Shown: one piece after another, positions 1 to 10,347 of the stretch
Position numbering within the stretch: position 1 is the first letter of the stretch
How the letters are laid out: every line of letters starts with the position of its first letter
Assembly (NCBI GenBank): GCA_963713145.1
Contig: CAVQKI010000002.1
Coordinates: 119,278-183,277, forward strand
Origin: an uncultured Thermoplasmata archaeon
Lineage (GTDB): Archaea > Thermoplasmatota > Thermoplasmata > Lutacidiplasmatales > UBA184
Length of the DNA stretch: 64,000 nucleotides
Reading direction: 5' to 3'
Position numbers and translations under genes: made by a program
The notes under the pieces: generated by a model
Databases searched by the model: none
What the model was told of the DNA's origin: nothing
Seen by the model: the letters and a program-made list of their open reading frames with translations, nothing else

Positions 1-644
1 GCCCCATCCTCGACGCCAGGGCAGTGTAAAAGAAGAATAGGTCTTCGCCAGCGGGAGTTCTCCTGAGGTAGTCGATTGTGTTCGTCGCGACCTGCCGGAG
101 AATTGCAATGCAACTGTCGTTATCGCCGGGATCCCATAACCCCGCCAGCGGATCGCGGACGGCTGCGGCTCCGTTGGGGTAGTAGACACTACCACGATAT
201 GATAGGAACGGGAGGCGGCGGTGGCCCGCGAGCTGAGGAGCGGGCTTCCCAAGAGCGTCGACGTAGACGAGGCTGTGGCGAAGGTATCCGAGATTCGATC
301 GTTCGTGAAACCGGTTGATCACGAAACTAAGTTTGCCGGGTCGCCAGACATCATCATCGTTCAGGAAGCAAACTATAGCCCCCCGACACACTTCGACACC
401 CCTCGCAAAGAACTGGCCCTTGACAGGCTCGTTTGCTTGAATGACTCTAATCCTCCGGTGATTTGCGTGCGACGGCCCTTTGGGCTGCGCTAACTATGTC
501 AAGTGCATTCTCGAGGTTTGAGACGAGTACCACCTCGTAGCTCGACGGTGGAAAGTCCTGCCTGAAGACCGACTCTAACGAATCCTGCAGAAACCGGGTG
601 CGACCGTAGGCCGTCACAAGAACTGAGATCGAGGGATCACCCAT
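1..644 (-). pseudogene. Glycosyltransferase family 2, partial at window edge and frame-disrupted
   Basis: ORF 447..644 reads ISVLVTAYGRTRFLQDSLESVFRQDFPPSSYEVVLVSN, a GT-A/GT2 N-terminus. My hand translation of the neighbouring minus frame below ~490 reads PVKGQFFARGVEVCRGAIVCFLNDDDVWRPGKLSFVINRF (DxD region). That frame stays open as far as I translated it (to ~233), so the gene probably runs off the window at position 1. The frames differ by 1 nt near 450-490. Confidence 0.6.
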
Positions 645-1231
645 TGTCCAGGGCCCCCTGGACCGTCTCCCTTCTTAAGGTTCCCCACTCCGTCCGCACT
701 GCGTCGCTCCGCCAGGCTGCCGGGCAAAGAGATCTCCTAGTGGTGCAAACCCGGTCCGACCTGACCTTGGTTCAGAGTCACTGATTGACAGTGGACCTGA
801 GGATCTCCCGGGTGCGGCGTAGATGGAAGTCACTCGCCGGCCCTCAAACCGCCGCAGCGAACTGGATCCCGAAGTGACGTGCGCTGCGTATTCCGTGATG
901 AGCAGAGAGAGGGGCCGCCTAAGTTTAAATCTGTGGCAGGATCATATGGACCCTCCCATTTGTGTTCTGGCCAGCGTGTACTTGCCGACGAGTTGTGCTT
1001 CCGCAGTTCGAACTTTGGATGGCGAACCCATGCCGACCATGAAAGGTCTGAGTCTTCCCAGGAGTAGTCAGACAATCGCTGATGATTCGACCTGCCCAGA
1101 AGGATCCCCTCTTTTCAAAGCTCTTGGGGCTAGCGTTTAATGCTCGACTAGTCCAAGCCGTTTTCACGCCGGCGTCCCAACTACAGAAGCATGACTAGCT
1201 ACGCCTCAGAAGCTGAGCGAAGTCGACATGA

Positions 1232-2499
1232 GTGTCTTGCCCAGGGCACACGTTAAAGCTCCACAGGAGCCTTTCGTTCAAGGAGATGGTGACTCATCGC
1301 GCCCCCGACGTTCTTGTGGTCGTGATGGACTGCGTTAGCGGGGTGGACTTTCTTGGAGGCGGGGATCCCGTTGAGGGCTTGCGGGCTGCCAATTCCCTCG
1401 CCAGCGAGGGGGTAGTCTACACCAAAGCGGTCGCCCCCGCATCATGGACGGTCCCATCGCATGCCAGCATGTTTGCGGGTCTGTACCCTTGGGAAACAAC
1501 TCTTGACACCGTCCGGGGGACCCTCGGCAGCTGCACCAGGAAGCCCTTGCACAACGACTCCGAAAGAGGGGGTTCCGAACCGCCGCCTTTTCGGCGAACC
1601 CGCATATTGGACCAGCGCTGGGTCTCAATCGAGGATTTGAGCGTTCTGAATGGGGAGACTTCTCCGATTGCTCGCTACGGAAGCTAACCAAGTGGGTTTC
1701 TGCACATCACTCGAATTCCGGAGGTCTGCCATCTCTACGAGCGAGCGATGAACTGGCGAAGTCGGTCCGCAGGTTACTTAGGGACGGAGTCATCGGCGCA
1801 CCGCTCGCCGCCGACATACTTACTAGGCTCGTCTCAAGACTGCTTGGGATAGGCAGACCCTCGGAGCCAAGGGTCGCACCTTGGATCGAGTCCTCAGTCC
1901 ATAACTGGCTTTCGAGCCTGCGCGAGACGGAGTCTGCTTTCTGCTTTGTCAACCTCCTCGACGCCCACGAGCCGTACATTGGACTCCCGGGACGGTTGTC
2001 TGAGCAGAGCGGCTGGATCGACCTCCTGAAATTTTCGCAGAAGGACCACCGCCGAGACGGTACCCCTCTTCACCTAGACGCCCGACAAGCCGCGGCCCTC
2101 CGTTCGCTCTATCGGATGACGGTAAAATGCTTGGATGTTCGGCTCGGCGCGCTGTTCCGAGTCATTGAGGCCACGAGAGACTGGGATAGGACTATCGTAA
2201 TTGTCACGAGTGATCACGGCCAATCGTTCTCAACCGACCGCGCCGCGTTCCACCGGGACGGAGGAGTCGATTCGGTTCACCGCGTACCGCTCATTGTGAA
2301 GGCAGTTGGAGAGTACCCGACCGGGTCGAGATCAGTCCTGGATTTCCCTCTCGAGTCTCCCACAGATCGTCGAGGCAGCTGGACTCGACGGCTTCTCCCA
2401 ACGGCCATCCTCCAATCCAGTGCAGTCGAACGATTCGTCCTCTATCGCTCTATCGCTCTCGGAAGAGGTGCCAATCGCCGCGTCGGTATCATCCGCTAA
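1232..2499 (+). pseudogene. Sulfatase-family (alkaline phosphatase superfamily) hydrolase with one frame change
   Basis: ORF 1232..1687 has PDVLVVVMDC and ASWTVPSHASMFAGLYPWE. Hand translation of the frame of ORF 1996..2499 is open from ~1507. It reads RKRGFRTAAFSANPHIGPALGLNRGFE ... CFVNLLDAHEPY ... TIVIVTSDHGQSF. The frame change lies near a G5 run at ~1507-1520. The likely start is ATG 1286. Confidence 0.7.
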
Positions 2500-3132
2500 A
2501 CTCCACAGGATTTCCGGGGGTTCGGCGGTCGATCGTTGGCTATTCGGCAGACACTCGAGTGGTTGTCAATGCGGACACGTTCGAGTGTCGCTTCACTTCG
2601 CTCACGGCTCGGGATGCGAGCGCTCCTGAGGCAAATGACCCGGGAGGATCCGATTTGCGCGCGTTGAGAGCCGCAGCAATGAGGGCCGCCAAGCTCACCC
2701 AAACAACACTTGCGAACAGGACCTTCTGACCGAGTGGCTTCGAGGCTAACCGGGTGGGGGTACCGCTGACACCGCAGCACCAACGGGAGCCGTCCATGAT
2801 TCAATAGCCTGGTACGACCTGCGGTCCTTTAGACAAGGTGTGGAGACTCCCCTCCAATCTATCGCCCTGTCGGACGATGAGCGGGCCGCCTCGAAACTTC
2901 GTTCCGTCGCACGATGCCGCTCATGAGAGCCTTGAGCCAGATCGATGGCGAATACGGTCGGTTGGGCTCTCGTCGGTTATCAGGGATTGAAGTAACCTCG
3001 CAACAGGCTCCTCCAAAGCGTTGCAGTTCGAACTGGGCTCCCGTCTGGCCACCCTATTCCGATCGGTGTCGGGCGATGAACGACACCGGCTCCGTGGAGA
3101 AGGGGCTACGAAAATCAGGCGGGGTTTGTAGC

Positions 3133-4024
3133 CTATACAAGCGCGCCATGCAGGTGCTTGTGAATCCAGGTGGCACAACTGCGAGTTGTCCTCGGGAAGA
3201 TTTGGAGGCTCATCAACCGAATCCCGACTAGGGAGAGGAACATCGCGGGGACAGCTCTCTCGAGCCGGAGCTTGGAATCGCCATCATCGCTCCAATCGAC
3301 CGGCACCTCAGAAACAGTAAATCCACCGCGGGTGAAGTGGAACAGAAGGGAAGCATCAAAGGCCCAGTTTGTCAGAGTAACCTGGTCCAGAACCCGCAAC
3401 ACAGCCGCTCGTCGAAGGAACTTCGCTCCGCATTGGGTATCGTGAATGTCCAAATGCAGAATCGCCCTCGTAAGCAGATTCCAAGCGCGAGAGAACACTC
3501 TTCTTGAGAAGGATTTTCGCCGATGCGGGGCCCTAGAATCAATCCAACGAGATGCAATCGCCCCGTCAGACCTCGAGAGCTGGGCGAGTAGGTAGGCGAC
3601 TTTTACTGCGTGATCGGAGCATCGGCGTCAAGGAACCCGACTACGTCGAAGCGCGCCCTCCGGAACCCTTCGATGACCGCACCCCCCTTCCCAAGCTTCC
3701 TATCGAATTCCAGCACCGTTACCCCCCGATGGGCATACGCGGCCGCGACTGGGCGGTTCGATCCGTCACCCCATCGGCAACCACGATGACCTCGAATGGT
3801 CGACCGTAAGACTCGAACAAGCCGAGGTATCTGTCCAACGTCTTGGGAAGCCGGAACTCCTCGTTCCATGCTGGAACCACGACACTCAGACCATCAAGCC
3901 CTCTCAAACCATCGGGCTTATCCTTGATTCTGCCGGAGTGTTGTGCCGATGCGATGACCGTCAACGAGCCGAGGGAGACCGTGGCAGGATGGCAAGTGTA
4001 CAGCTGCTCTACCATGCTGAGCAA
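3133..4024 (-). pseudogene. Dpm1/GtrB-like family 2 glycosyltransferase split over three frames
   Basis: ORF 3719..4024 reads LSVVVPAWNEE...FEVIVVADGVTDRTAQ. ORF 3603..3869 reads LGKGGAVIEGFRRARFDVVGFLDADAP. ORF 3133..3498 reads DTQCGAKFLRRAAVLRVL. These are consecutive GT2 segments, with frame changes near ~3755 and ~3600. Confidence 0.7.
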
Positions 4025-4570
4025 ACCTGAGGAGTCATTCTACCTACCTGTTGAGCCACTAGGCGTCGAAAAAATCTATGCTGGCGAATGGTCCGGTGGC
4101 AGTTCCCTCTCAACAGATCGAGCCAGCCGAACAGTTTGAAACGGGAATGACATGCCGTCGCTCTCTACCCGATTCATCAGCTCTGCCTTCATGAGAACAG
4201 CGATCGCCCATATACCCTCCGGCCGGGAAACGTTGTTTGACGTGCTCGATTGGCGGAGCCCTAAGGACGCCACCACCCTCAGATTGGCGAGCCAATTCCC
4301 GAGCGACTGATGCGTCCTCAGCCACCTGGCCAACTCGCGTTGAACTGGCCGACAGGGCGACTTGAGGCCTTGACCGTTGAGGCGAGCAGCTTCTTCCCCC
4401 TAAGTGCGGGGAGAGAGGCCCCCCCGCTGAAACCATGGGTACAATTCATATTGTGCATACTGACCCCGCAGCTCGCGGGTCGTACCCAAGCTGAGTCGCC
4501 GTTTGAAAACGCAACGGCCCGTTCTAAACCCAGTTTCGGTTAGGGTTCGCCTGTTTAGCGAGTAATTCAG

Positions 4571-4578
4571 TATATATA
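4571..4578 (+). promoter_or_regulatory. TATA-box-like element for a leaderless transcript
   Basis: tatatata lies in an otherwise GC-rich context, centred ~27 nt upstream of ATG 4602. This is the spacing expected for an archaeal TATA box when transcription starts at or near the start codon. Confidence 0.45.
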
Positions 4579-4601
4579 CTTACGAGCCATATCGAGATAC
4601 G

Positions 4602-5168
4602 ATGAGGTTCGAAACTACGGTTCTTCGGGAGCCGGGGGAGCACCCTCTGCCTCGGAGTTTGGCTATCCCGATTCCAACGCCCAACCACCGCCCGTCGGTC
4701 GAGTATCGGTTCGAGGTGCACTCCGAGGACGACGTCAAGACCCTAAACCGACACCGACTCCCTATCCATTTGCTTACGGCTGAGCGTGTCTCGGAGCTAG
4801 GCTACCCTATCGTTTTCCCGTCGGAAGCCGTAATCGCCCGGCCCCTCCTGCCACTCGTCGATACGAATCTCGGGGTGATTCCATTCTTCTCGGCCCAAGC
4901 CGCCGCGTCACCACGGGATGAGGACGCGATTGTCGCGATGCTCCGATTCGATATGTTCGGGGCGAGGGCGATCTGGGACCGAAACCATGACCGGCTCGAC
5001 TCGTTCTATCTACTTCGACGTATCCTGGAGGAGAAAGTCGAGCGCCGGGCTGCGTTCGTACGGTTCTCGGACGTCCTCCCCGGGATCCCGAAGTCGGAGG
5101 AAGCGCTCGACCCGTACCGGCTCGAACGCAAGCTCCGGAAGCATCCGGCCGCTCGGCCGTTAAGATGA
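4602..5168 (+). CDS. Hypothetical protein, first gene of a two-gene module
   Basis: A 188-aa ORF with an ATG start preceded by the TATA-like box. Its stop overlaps the next start (ATGA at 5165-5168). I recognise no domain. Confidence 0.5.
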   Translation: MRFETTVLREPGEHPLPRSLAIPIPTPNHRPSVEYRFEVHSEDDVKTLNRHRLPIHLLTAERVSELGYPIVFPSEAVIARPLLPLVDTNLGVIPFFSAQAAASPRDEDAIVAMLRFDMFGARAIWDRNHDRLDSFYLLRRILEEKVERRAAFVRFSDVLPGIPKSEEALDPYRLERKLRKHPAARPLR

Positions 5169-5740
5169 GCCCCGATATCGAGGCTTCCGGGATTCGGGCG
5201 GTAGCCGAGTGGGTTCGCTCCGAGATCGGAGTTCCGTTCGTCATCGTCGGCGGATCAGCGATCGAGGCCGAAGTTCATGTCGCGACGAAGGGCGTCGACA
5301 TTCTCGTTTCGGGTCCGGACCTTGAGAAGGTCGATTCGGCGATCGAGGGTCGAAAGGACGCCTACCCGCTCGACCCGGCGACTGGGACAATCCGAGGGAC
5401 CGAGGTCTCTATCGGGGGTTCGAATATCCAAGTCGACTTTCTGTCGGCCGGACCTTTCGGAGGCGACGAGTTCCTCCGTTACGTGCGGGGAGGAGGCTCC
5501 GTCCGGCACGAAGGAACCCGCCGAGCACGACCCGCCGTCGTATTCTATATGCGGCTCTCACTCGACGATTGGCGAGAGAACGTTCCGAGCATCGAGCGGG
5601 ACCTCCGGGTCGGCATTCCAGAATCGACCCTGGACGGAGCTATCTCGGTCGCCCGAAGATTCGGCCGGGGAGAGCAGATTGGGGACCGGGTTAAGGCGGT
5701 TCGAAAGTTGCTCCGGAACCTCGACCCCCGAAGCGAGTAG
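5165..5740 (+). CDS. Putative nucleotidyltransferase-fold protein (AbiEii/DUF6036-like; weak call)
   Basis: A 191-aa ORF. VPFVIVGGSAIEAEVHVATKGVDILVSGPD resembles the hGGS ... T.D.D strand-loop of Pol-beta-type NTases, but only one acidic residue is obvious. It is translationally coupled to the upstream ORF. Confidence 0.45.
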   Translation: MSPDIEASGIRAVAEWVRSEIGVPFVIVGGSAIEAEVHVATKGVDILVSGPDLEKVDSAIEGRKDAYPLDPATGTIRGTEVSIGGSNIQVDFLSAGPFGGDEFLRYVRGGGSVRHEGTRRARPAVVFYMRLSLDDWRENVPSIERDLRVGIPESTLDGAISVARRFGRGEQIGDRVKAVRKLLRNLDPRSE

Positions 5741-5920
5741 CCGGGTCCTCCGACAGGCGGTCGAAGTCAGGAAGCCTTCGAACCCGGAGGCATTCCGGCT
5801 TGGCACCAGAACCCCGCTTTGTGCGGCGTTCGAACGCTCGACGACTCCGGCATCGGGGTCCACGTTCGTGTTGAATCTCCTCGAATCTCGCGAGACTCGC
5901 GCCTCGGCCCTGGGCGGGTT

Positions 5921-5942
5921 GCGCTCAATTCACATTGAACCC
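5921..5942. repeat. Intergenic palindromic motif, copy A (gcgctcaattcacattgaaccc)
   Basis: TCAAT-N4-ATTGA core with G/C-rich flanks, ~180 nt downstream of the stop at 5740. It belongs to a family of at least 6 copies (see findings). Confidence 0.4.
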
Positions 5943-6029
5943 ACGCTACCTGGCGAATCGACGGGAGCCCCTGGCGCCGAAGCATCTCGTTACTGACACC
6001 TGAATAAGTAGCTTGATATCCGGCCTCGC

Positions 6030-7680
6030 CTATCCCTTGGAGCATGGGACGATGGGCCCAACGGCACCGGGACACCGAATCTCTGGAGGAACGACGCCTG
6101 AATGCTCGTAACAACTCAGGTTTGTGGCCGCGCTGACGGTGCTCCAAACTCCGGGTAGCCCGAACCCGACAGTGCGTCCTTCAGCACCTGCATGAACTTC
6201 ACGTTCCGCTTCCGGCACGTTCGGTAGATCGACAGAAGCCGTTCCAAGGCCCATGCGCCCGACCACGATCTCCGCCCTCCGCTGATCTTCCGGTACAATA
6301 CCCCCTGTCGGATCTGGGTCTCCGCTTCGTTGTTGTGCCAGGCCACTCCGGGCACCACGAGGAAGGTGAACAGGGTCTTCCGACGCTTCCACAACTCCCG
6401 CGCGATGCGCGCCGCCGCAGGGTCTCGCCACTCCTTGCGCAGATGGTCGACCGTCATCCACCGCATCGTGGTGTAGACGTGGCGCCGTTCCTCGTCGGGG
6501 GCGTCCGGATGGCTCTCGGACCACTCGATGGCCTGTCTCAGCAGCGCCCGAACTCCGTCCGCGAACTCCAGGAACTCCTTCGGCGGAGGTCCCGCGCTCA
6601 CCAACTTCGGGGGGACCTCCCTCAGGAGCGGCCGAGGCTCCAGGCGATGCAAGATCTCCTCCCGCTCCAGCCATCGATTCACGTGGAGCAGATCGAGTTG
6701 ATGGCGCGCGGTTCGAATGATGTCGTAGGGCACCCACCCATCGTGCACAAGGGTCCCTCGAGAGCCCTCGAGGAACTCCCGCACCACATCCTGACCCCGA
6801 CTCGGAGCGATCCGATAGACCACCGCGTCGGGGTGAGAGAACACCCACATCCAACCGTTCTCTCCTCCGACACGAAACTTGGTTTCGTCGGCGTGGACGA
6901 CCGGTTGGTGAGCGACCTGAGCTTTCAACGTCTCGTAGAGAGGGCCAAGAGCCTCGGCCCCCCACTGTTCCATCTTGAGCACCGCGGCGGTGGTGAGGTG
7001 CACACCGTGCGCGCCCTCGAGGAAGTCGGCAATCTTCGTAGTGCTCAGCCCGAGTAGGCGCAGTTGGATGACTCGAGCGATGAGGGAGAAACCATACTGC
7101 TGGTGCGGTGGATAGGGCCTCTCGGGCTCCACGCGTCGCTGGCAACCGGGACAGTTGTATCGGGGGATCTCCACTTCGAAGATCAACGGTTGGGGTGGAG
7201 GGAGCTCCGTGATGGTCCGTCGTCGAACCTCGAAAGGCTCTCCGAGCCGGGTGCCACAATCGGTGCACCGTTCGAGGGAGAGCTTGAGCGGAGGGGCATT
7301 CGGGATGGGGCGCTCGCGCCCGTGGCCCGGATGGCCCCGCTGCGCGCCCGTCGGTCGCGGATCGCTTCGGATCGGGCGGCGATAGAAGACTCGGCTCGAG
7401 GGAATACTGCCCGCCTCCGCGGTTCGGTCCGAGGCCGAGAGCATGGGTGCGCAGGCCTTGTAGCGTCGGAGTTCCTCCAGGAGTCGCCCGGTTCTTCTCC
7501 CGTAGCTCACGATTCTCTTGTTCGAGTCGCTCGGATCGCTCGAGCTGCTCACGGATCCGCTTCTTCTCCGGGGGATAGATTGTGACGGGCTCGTCGTCCT
7601 CGGTCAGGGCGAAGAGAACGGTCGCCCGCGTCGAGAGCAAGGTTCCCTCGGCACGAGGGAATACGGTTCGACGCTAAAGT
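6030..7680 (-). mobile_element. IS66-family element (single-ORF type); ends not identified
   Basis: It contains an IS66 TnpC-type transposase. I found no tnpA/tnpB and no inverted repeats. The upstream end abuts the IS630-type element that begins at ~7700. Confidence 0.6.
6116..7640 (-). pseudogene. IS66-family transposase with one frame change
   Basis: The 478-aa frame has CTDCGTRL...YNCPGCQRRV, HADETKFRVGGENGWMWVFSHPDAVVY, GTLVHDGWVPY and WHNNEAETQIR. The coiled-coil N-terminus (PPEKKRIREQLERSERLEQENRELREKN) lies in the frame of ORF 6030..7640. The junction is at the cccgg run at 7487-7491. Confidence 0.8.
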
Positions 7681-7714
7681 CCTTCCGGTGCTGTCGAAGG
7701 GTCGGCCAGTGTCA

Positions 7715-8702
7715 ATGGGGCCGGCCAGAGAGCTGAGCAGTTACGAATGCTCTTGCTCTGCTTCGATCTGGGCTCTCGCAGGCCGAGGTCGCCCGGCGCC
7801 TCGTGGTGACCCCCGCGGCCGTCTCCCTTTGGAAGATCGCCACCGATCAGAATGGAATGGCCGCCCTTCGCGCGGTGCCCCGCTCGGGCCGCCCTACCCT
7901 CGTTCCTCGCGATCGACTGGCGGCCCTTCCGGACCTCTTGGCGAAGGGAGCGCTCGCCTACGGGTTCTCCACCGATCTCTGGACCATTCCACGGATCATC
8001 CAGGTCACCGAGGCGGAGTGGGGCGTACAATACACCGACAGCGCGATGTGGCGCTTGCTCCAGCGCCACGGCCTCTCCTGGCAGCGCCCCCGGCGCCAGG
8101 CGAGAGAAGGATCTCCGCGCCGTGAAGAACTGGCGCCATCGCTCCTGGCCACGGTATAAAAAAAAGCCCGACGGCGAAGGGCAGTCGTAGTGTTTGTCGA
8201 CGAGAGTGGGTTCTCGCTCATCCCCTACGTCGCGAAGACGTGGGCTCCCGTCGGCCACACACCTGTCATTCTCCATCAGGGACGGTGGCCCAAGTTCTCG
8301 GCGATCAGTGGCATCACTCCGGCGGGGCGTTTGTACTTCAACGTACACAAGTCCTCGATCAAGGGCCCTCAGGTGATCGAGTTCGCGGAGCACCTGAAGC
8401 GGCACATTCGACGGCGGCCGATCATGATCTTCTGGGACAGCGGCCCTCACCACCGCTCGAAGCTCGTGAGGGCGTATCTGAGGAAGCAGCGGAGGCTCGA
8501 GGTTCACCGATTCCCGGGCTACTCGCCCGAGCTCAATCCGGACGAGTGGGTCTGGAGCCATCTGAAGAAGCACGAGCTGGCGAGTTACGCTCCGCACGAT
8601 CTGGCGGAGCTCAGCCGAGGGGTCCGTCTCTCGGTCATGCGGATGCGGGTCCGGCCCCAGCTGATCCGCTCTTTCGTCGCGGCCAGCCACCTCTACGATT
8701 GA
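7715..8702 (+). mobile_element. IS630-family transposase gene, read through four frame segments (degenerate copy); element ends not identified
   Basis: The segments are, in order: MGPARELS (ATG 7715); VTNALALLRSGLSQAEVARRL...GRPTL...LSWQRPRRQARE; KDLRAVKNWRHRSWPRYKKK; KKARRRRAVVVFVDESGF...FWDSGPHHRS...PGYSPELNPDEWVW (DDE domain, ORF 8190..8702). Frame changes are near ~7735, near the C5 run at ~8086-8100, and at the A8 run. Confidence 0.8.
8158..8165 (+). other. A8 run at the orfA/orfB junction of the IS630-type transposase (candidate -1 slippery site)
   Basis: tat aaa aaa aag ccc in one frame; slipping back one nt gives K K A R R R R A V V V F V D E S G, which continues the DDE domain. Confidence 0.35.
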
Positions 8703-8807
8703 GCAACTGATGCCGGCGGCGGCGCGATCCTACGGGAACTCCTCGACGGCGGATGTCAAGGTATTTTGTCCGGAGTCAGTAGGATGGCTGGAATCACCGT
8801 CGATAGC

Positions 8808-9134
8808 CTATCGGCGCTTAGTGACCGCTGTCTTGGAGACAGCTCGCCGATCCGGTGGAACCAAGGCATGGAGCCGCTGATATACGACTTCCCGGCGACC
8901 GAAGACAATCATGACAACCTCTGACCCTTCGATCACATAGATTCCCCGGTACGGAGGGATTCGGAGCGTCCAGACATTCCGATAACCGAAGAGCTGATGG
9001 GTATCAAGATCGGCGCTGGTGCCGCGTGGGTCTTTCTCCAGAAGATCGAAGGCGGCATTGAACCTCGTTCTTGCCCAGCGAGGAAGAGAGCTCCAGCTCC
9101 GGACCGCAGGCGGGGCGAGGGTGACTCGAAACAT
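8808..9134 (-). CDS. relE: RelE/ParE-family toxin
   Basis: 108 aa. NVWTLRIPPYRGIYVIEGSEVVMIVFGRREVVY is typical of the RelE/ParE C-terminal half. It abuts the upstream antitoxin ORF with a 1-nt overlap. Confidence 0.75.
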   Translation of the reverse strand: MFRVTLAPPAVRSWSSLPRWARTRFNAAFDLLEKDPRGTSADLDTHQLFGYRNVWTLRIPPYRGIYVIEGSEVVMIVFGRREVVYQRLHALVPPDRRAVSKTAVTKRR

Positions 9135-9361
9135 CAGTTGCCGGGAATTCGGTGCCGCCGTCTAAACTCCTGAAGGCTGAGCCTGGGCCCCATCTCCATC
9201 GCTTTCTGCATGTCTCGACGGAAATAGTCGGGAGGAACCTCGTCCATCAAATCGGAGATTGCGTCCGCGACGCTCTTCCCACCTACCTGATAGTCTCTCA
9301 ACCGTCGGCGCACGGACGTCGGCAGGGTGACGGTCGTCGGAGCATCGACTTCTGCCTGCAC
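9134..9361 (-). CDS. Cognate antitoxin (small DNA-binding type)
   Basis: A 75-aa ORF with a GTG start, N-terminal TVTLPTSVRRRLRDY (RHH-like strand), placed directly upstream of and overlapping relE. Confidence 0.6.
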   Translation of the reverse strand: MQAEVDAPTTVTLPTSVRRRLRDYQVGGKSVADAISDLMDEVPPDYFRRDMQKAMEMGPRLSLQEFRRRHRIPGN

Positions 9362-9382
9362 GGGGTTTCTATTGATGCAATA

Positions 9383-9392
9383 GGATTAATAG
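9383..9392 (-). promoter_or_regulatory. TATA-like box upstream of the antitoxin-relE operon
   Basis: The minus strand reads ctattaatcc, centred ~26 nt upstream of GTG 9361. Confidence 0.35.
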
Positions 9393-9571
9393 ATTCTTGC
9401 AGTGGTGAACACTGAATCATCAGCGGGTCGGACCCGGTGATGATGGGGCGGACGATTTCGGCCCCGATCGACCCGGAAGGTCAGATTCGACTTTGGACCG
9501 TTCAAACGGCCGCCCGAGAGATTCGGCGATCCTTGAGCGCAATGCCGAGGGCGCACCCACGGCTCGCCCGA

Positions 9572-9593
9572 GGGTTCAACTCATGTTGAACCC
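9572..9593. repeat. Intergenic palindromic motif, copy B (gggttcaactcatgttgaaccc)
   Basis: A perfect 9-bp stem (gggttcaac/gttgaaccc) with a 4-nt loop. It is a 19/20 match to copy E at 41569-41591. Confidence 0.5.
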
Positions 9594-9681
9594 AATGTTC
9601 CGGATTGCCGCGGTAAAGACTTCGGCCCATCCTGATTGAAGGAACGAGAGGTGAGCCGAGACGACGCCCCCGGGGGGCAAT

Positions 9682-10099
9682 TCAACGGCCCGCCCTGCTG
9701 CAACCGGGCGCTACGTACGTTTCCGTGGAGACCCCGGGTATTCGTGCGAAGTCCGGGTCGCGAGTAAGAACGACGGCACGGTGATGGCGGGCCGTCGCCG
9801 CAATGAGCAGGTCCAACGTACCTACCGTTTGTCCGCGCCGGACGCACTCGCCGCCCAGCCGTGCTGCGTCCATTGCGATCGGTTCTGTGACGTCCAGAGT
9901 TGACAACTGGGAAACAAAATCCAGTGCGTCCGCCAAGCGCCGGCCCCCTTGACTGAAGGCGCCGACGAGAAACTCAGCGAGCGCTGGGGCCGGGATCGCA
10001 AGCTGATCTCCCCTTTGCTCCAGCTCTTGCGCCTTGGCTCGAGCTGCGGGTTGGCCCCGAGCGAGATCGATACAGTACCGAGGAATCGAGGCAGTGCAT
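9682..10099 (-). pseudogene. vapC: VapC PIN-domain toxin with an N-terminal frame change
   Basis: ORF 9682..9936 has TLDLLIAATARHHRAVVLTRDPDF. My hand translation extends the frame upstream (IDLARGQPAARAKAQELEQRGDQLAIPAPALAEFLVGA). The start (ATG 10099, MHCLDSSVL, 2 nt after the vapB stop) is in another frame. The junction is at ~10070. Confidence 0.7.
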
Positions 10100-10101
10100 C
10101 G

Positions 10102-10347
10102 TCACTCGGAATGGAAACGCAGCTGGTCAGCCCGTCGGATGTCGGCCGCCTTCATTTCGGAATAAACGCGATCGAGTTTCTTCTGCTGCGTGTCCGAGAG
10201 ATCGGACCAGATCCCAGCGAATGCAGTGATGGACTTCCTCGGGCGCGCCAAGCGCTTGACTGCCTCGCTGAAACTCTCCTGACCCCGCTTCTGGGCCTTG
10301 AGCAGCCGGTAAGCTTCGTCATCGAGGGCAACGGTTCGAGTCGCCAT
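10102..10347 (-). CDS. vapB: VapB-type antitoxin (archaeal family)
   Basis: 81 aa. MATRTVALDDEAYRLLKAQKRGQESFSEAVKRLA is the archaeal VapB/COG1753-like N-terminus. It lies directly upstream of vapC. Confidence 0.75.
   Translation of the reverse strand: MATRTVALDDEAYRLLKAQKRGQESFSEAVKRLARPRKSITAFAGIWSDLSDTQQKKLDRVYSEMKAADIRRADQLRFHSE

Noticed and set aside
650-1230. ORFs 823..1140, 830..1075 and 925..1167 in the gap between the GT2 fragment and the sulfatase gene.
   Set aside because: They overlap one another on both strands, and none has recognisable sequence features. The region is more likely non-coding or too degraded to call.
6030-7640. A 536-aa ORF that could be read as one long protein.
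   Set aside because: Only its first ~50 residues (a coiled-coil typical of IS66 transposases) look real. The rest is Arg/Pro/Gly-rich and is the alternative frame of the conserved 478-aa transposase frame.
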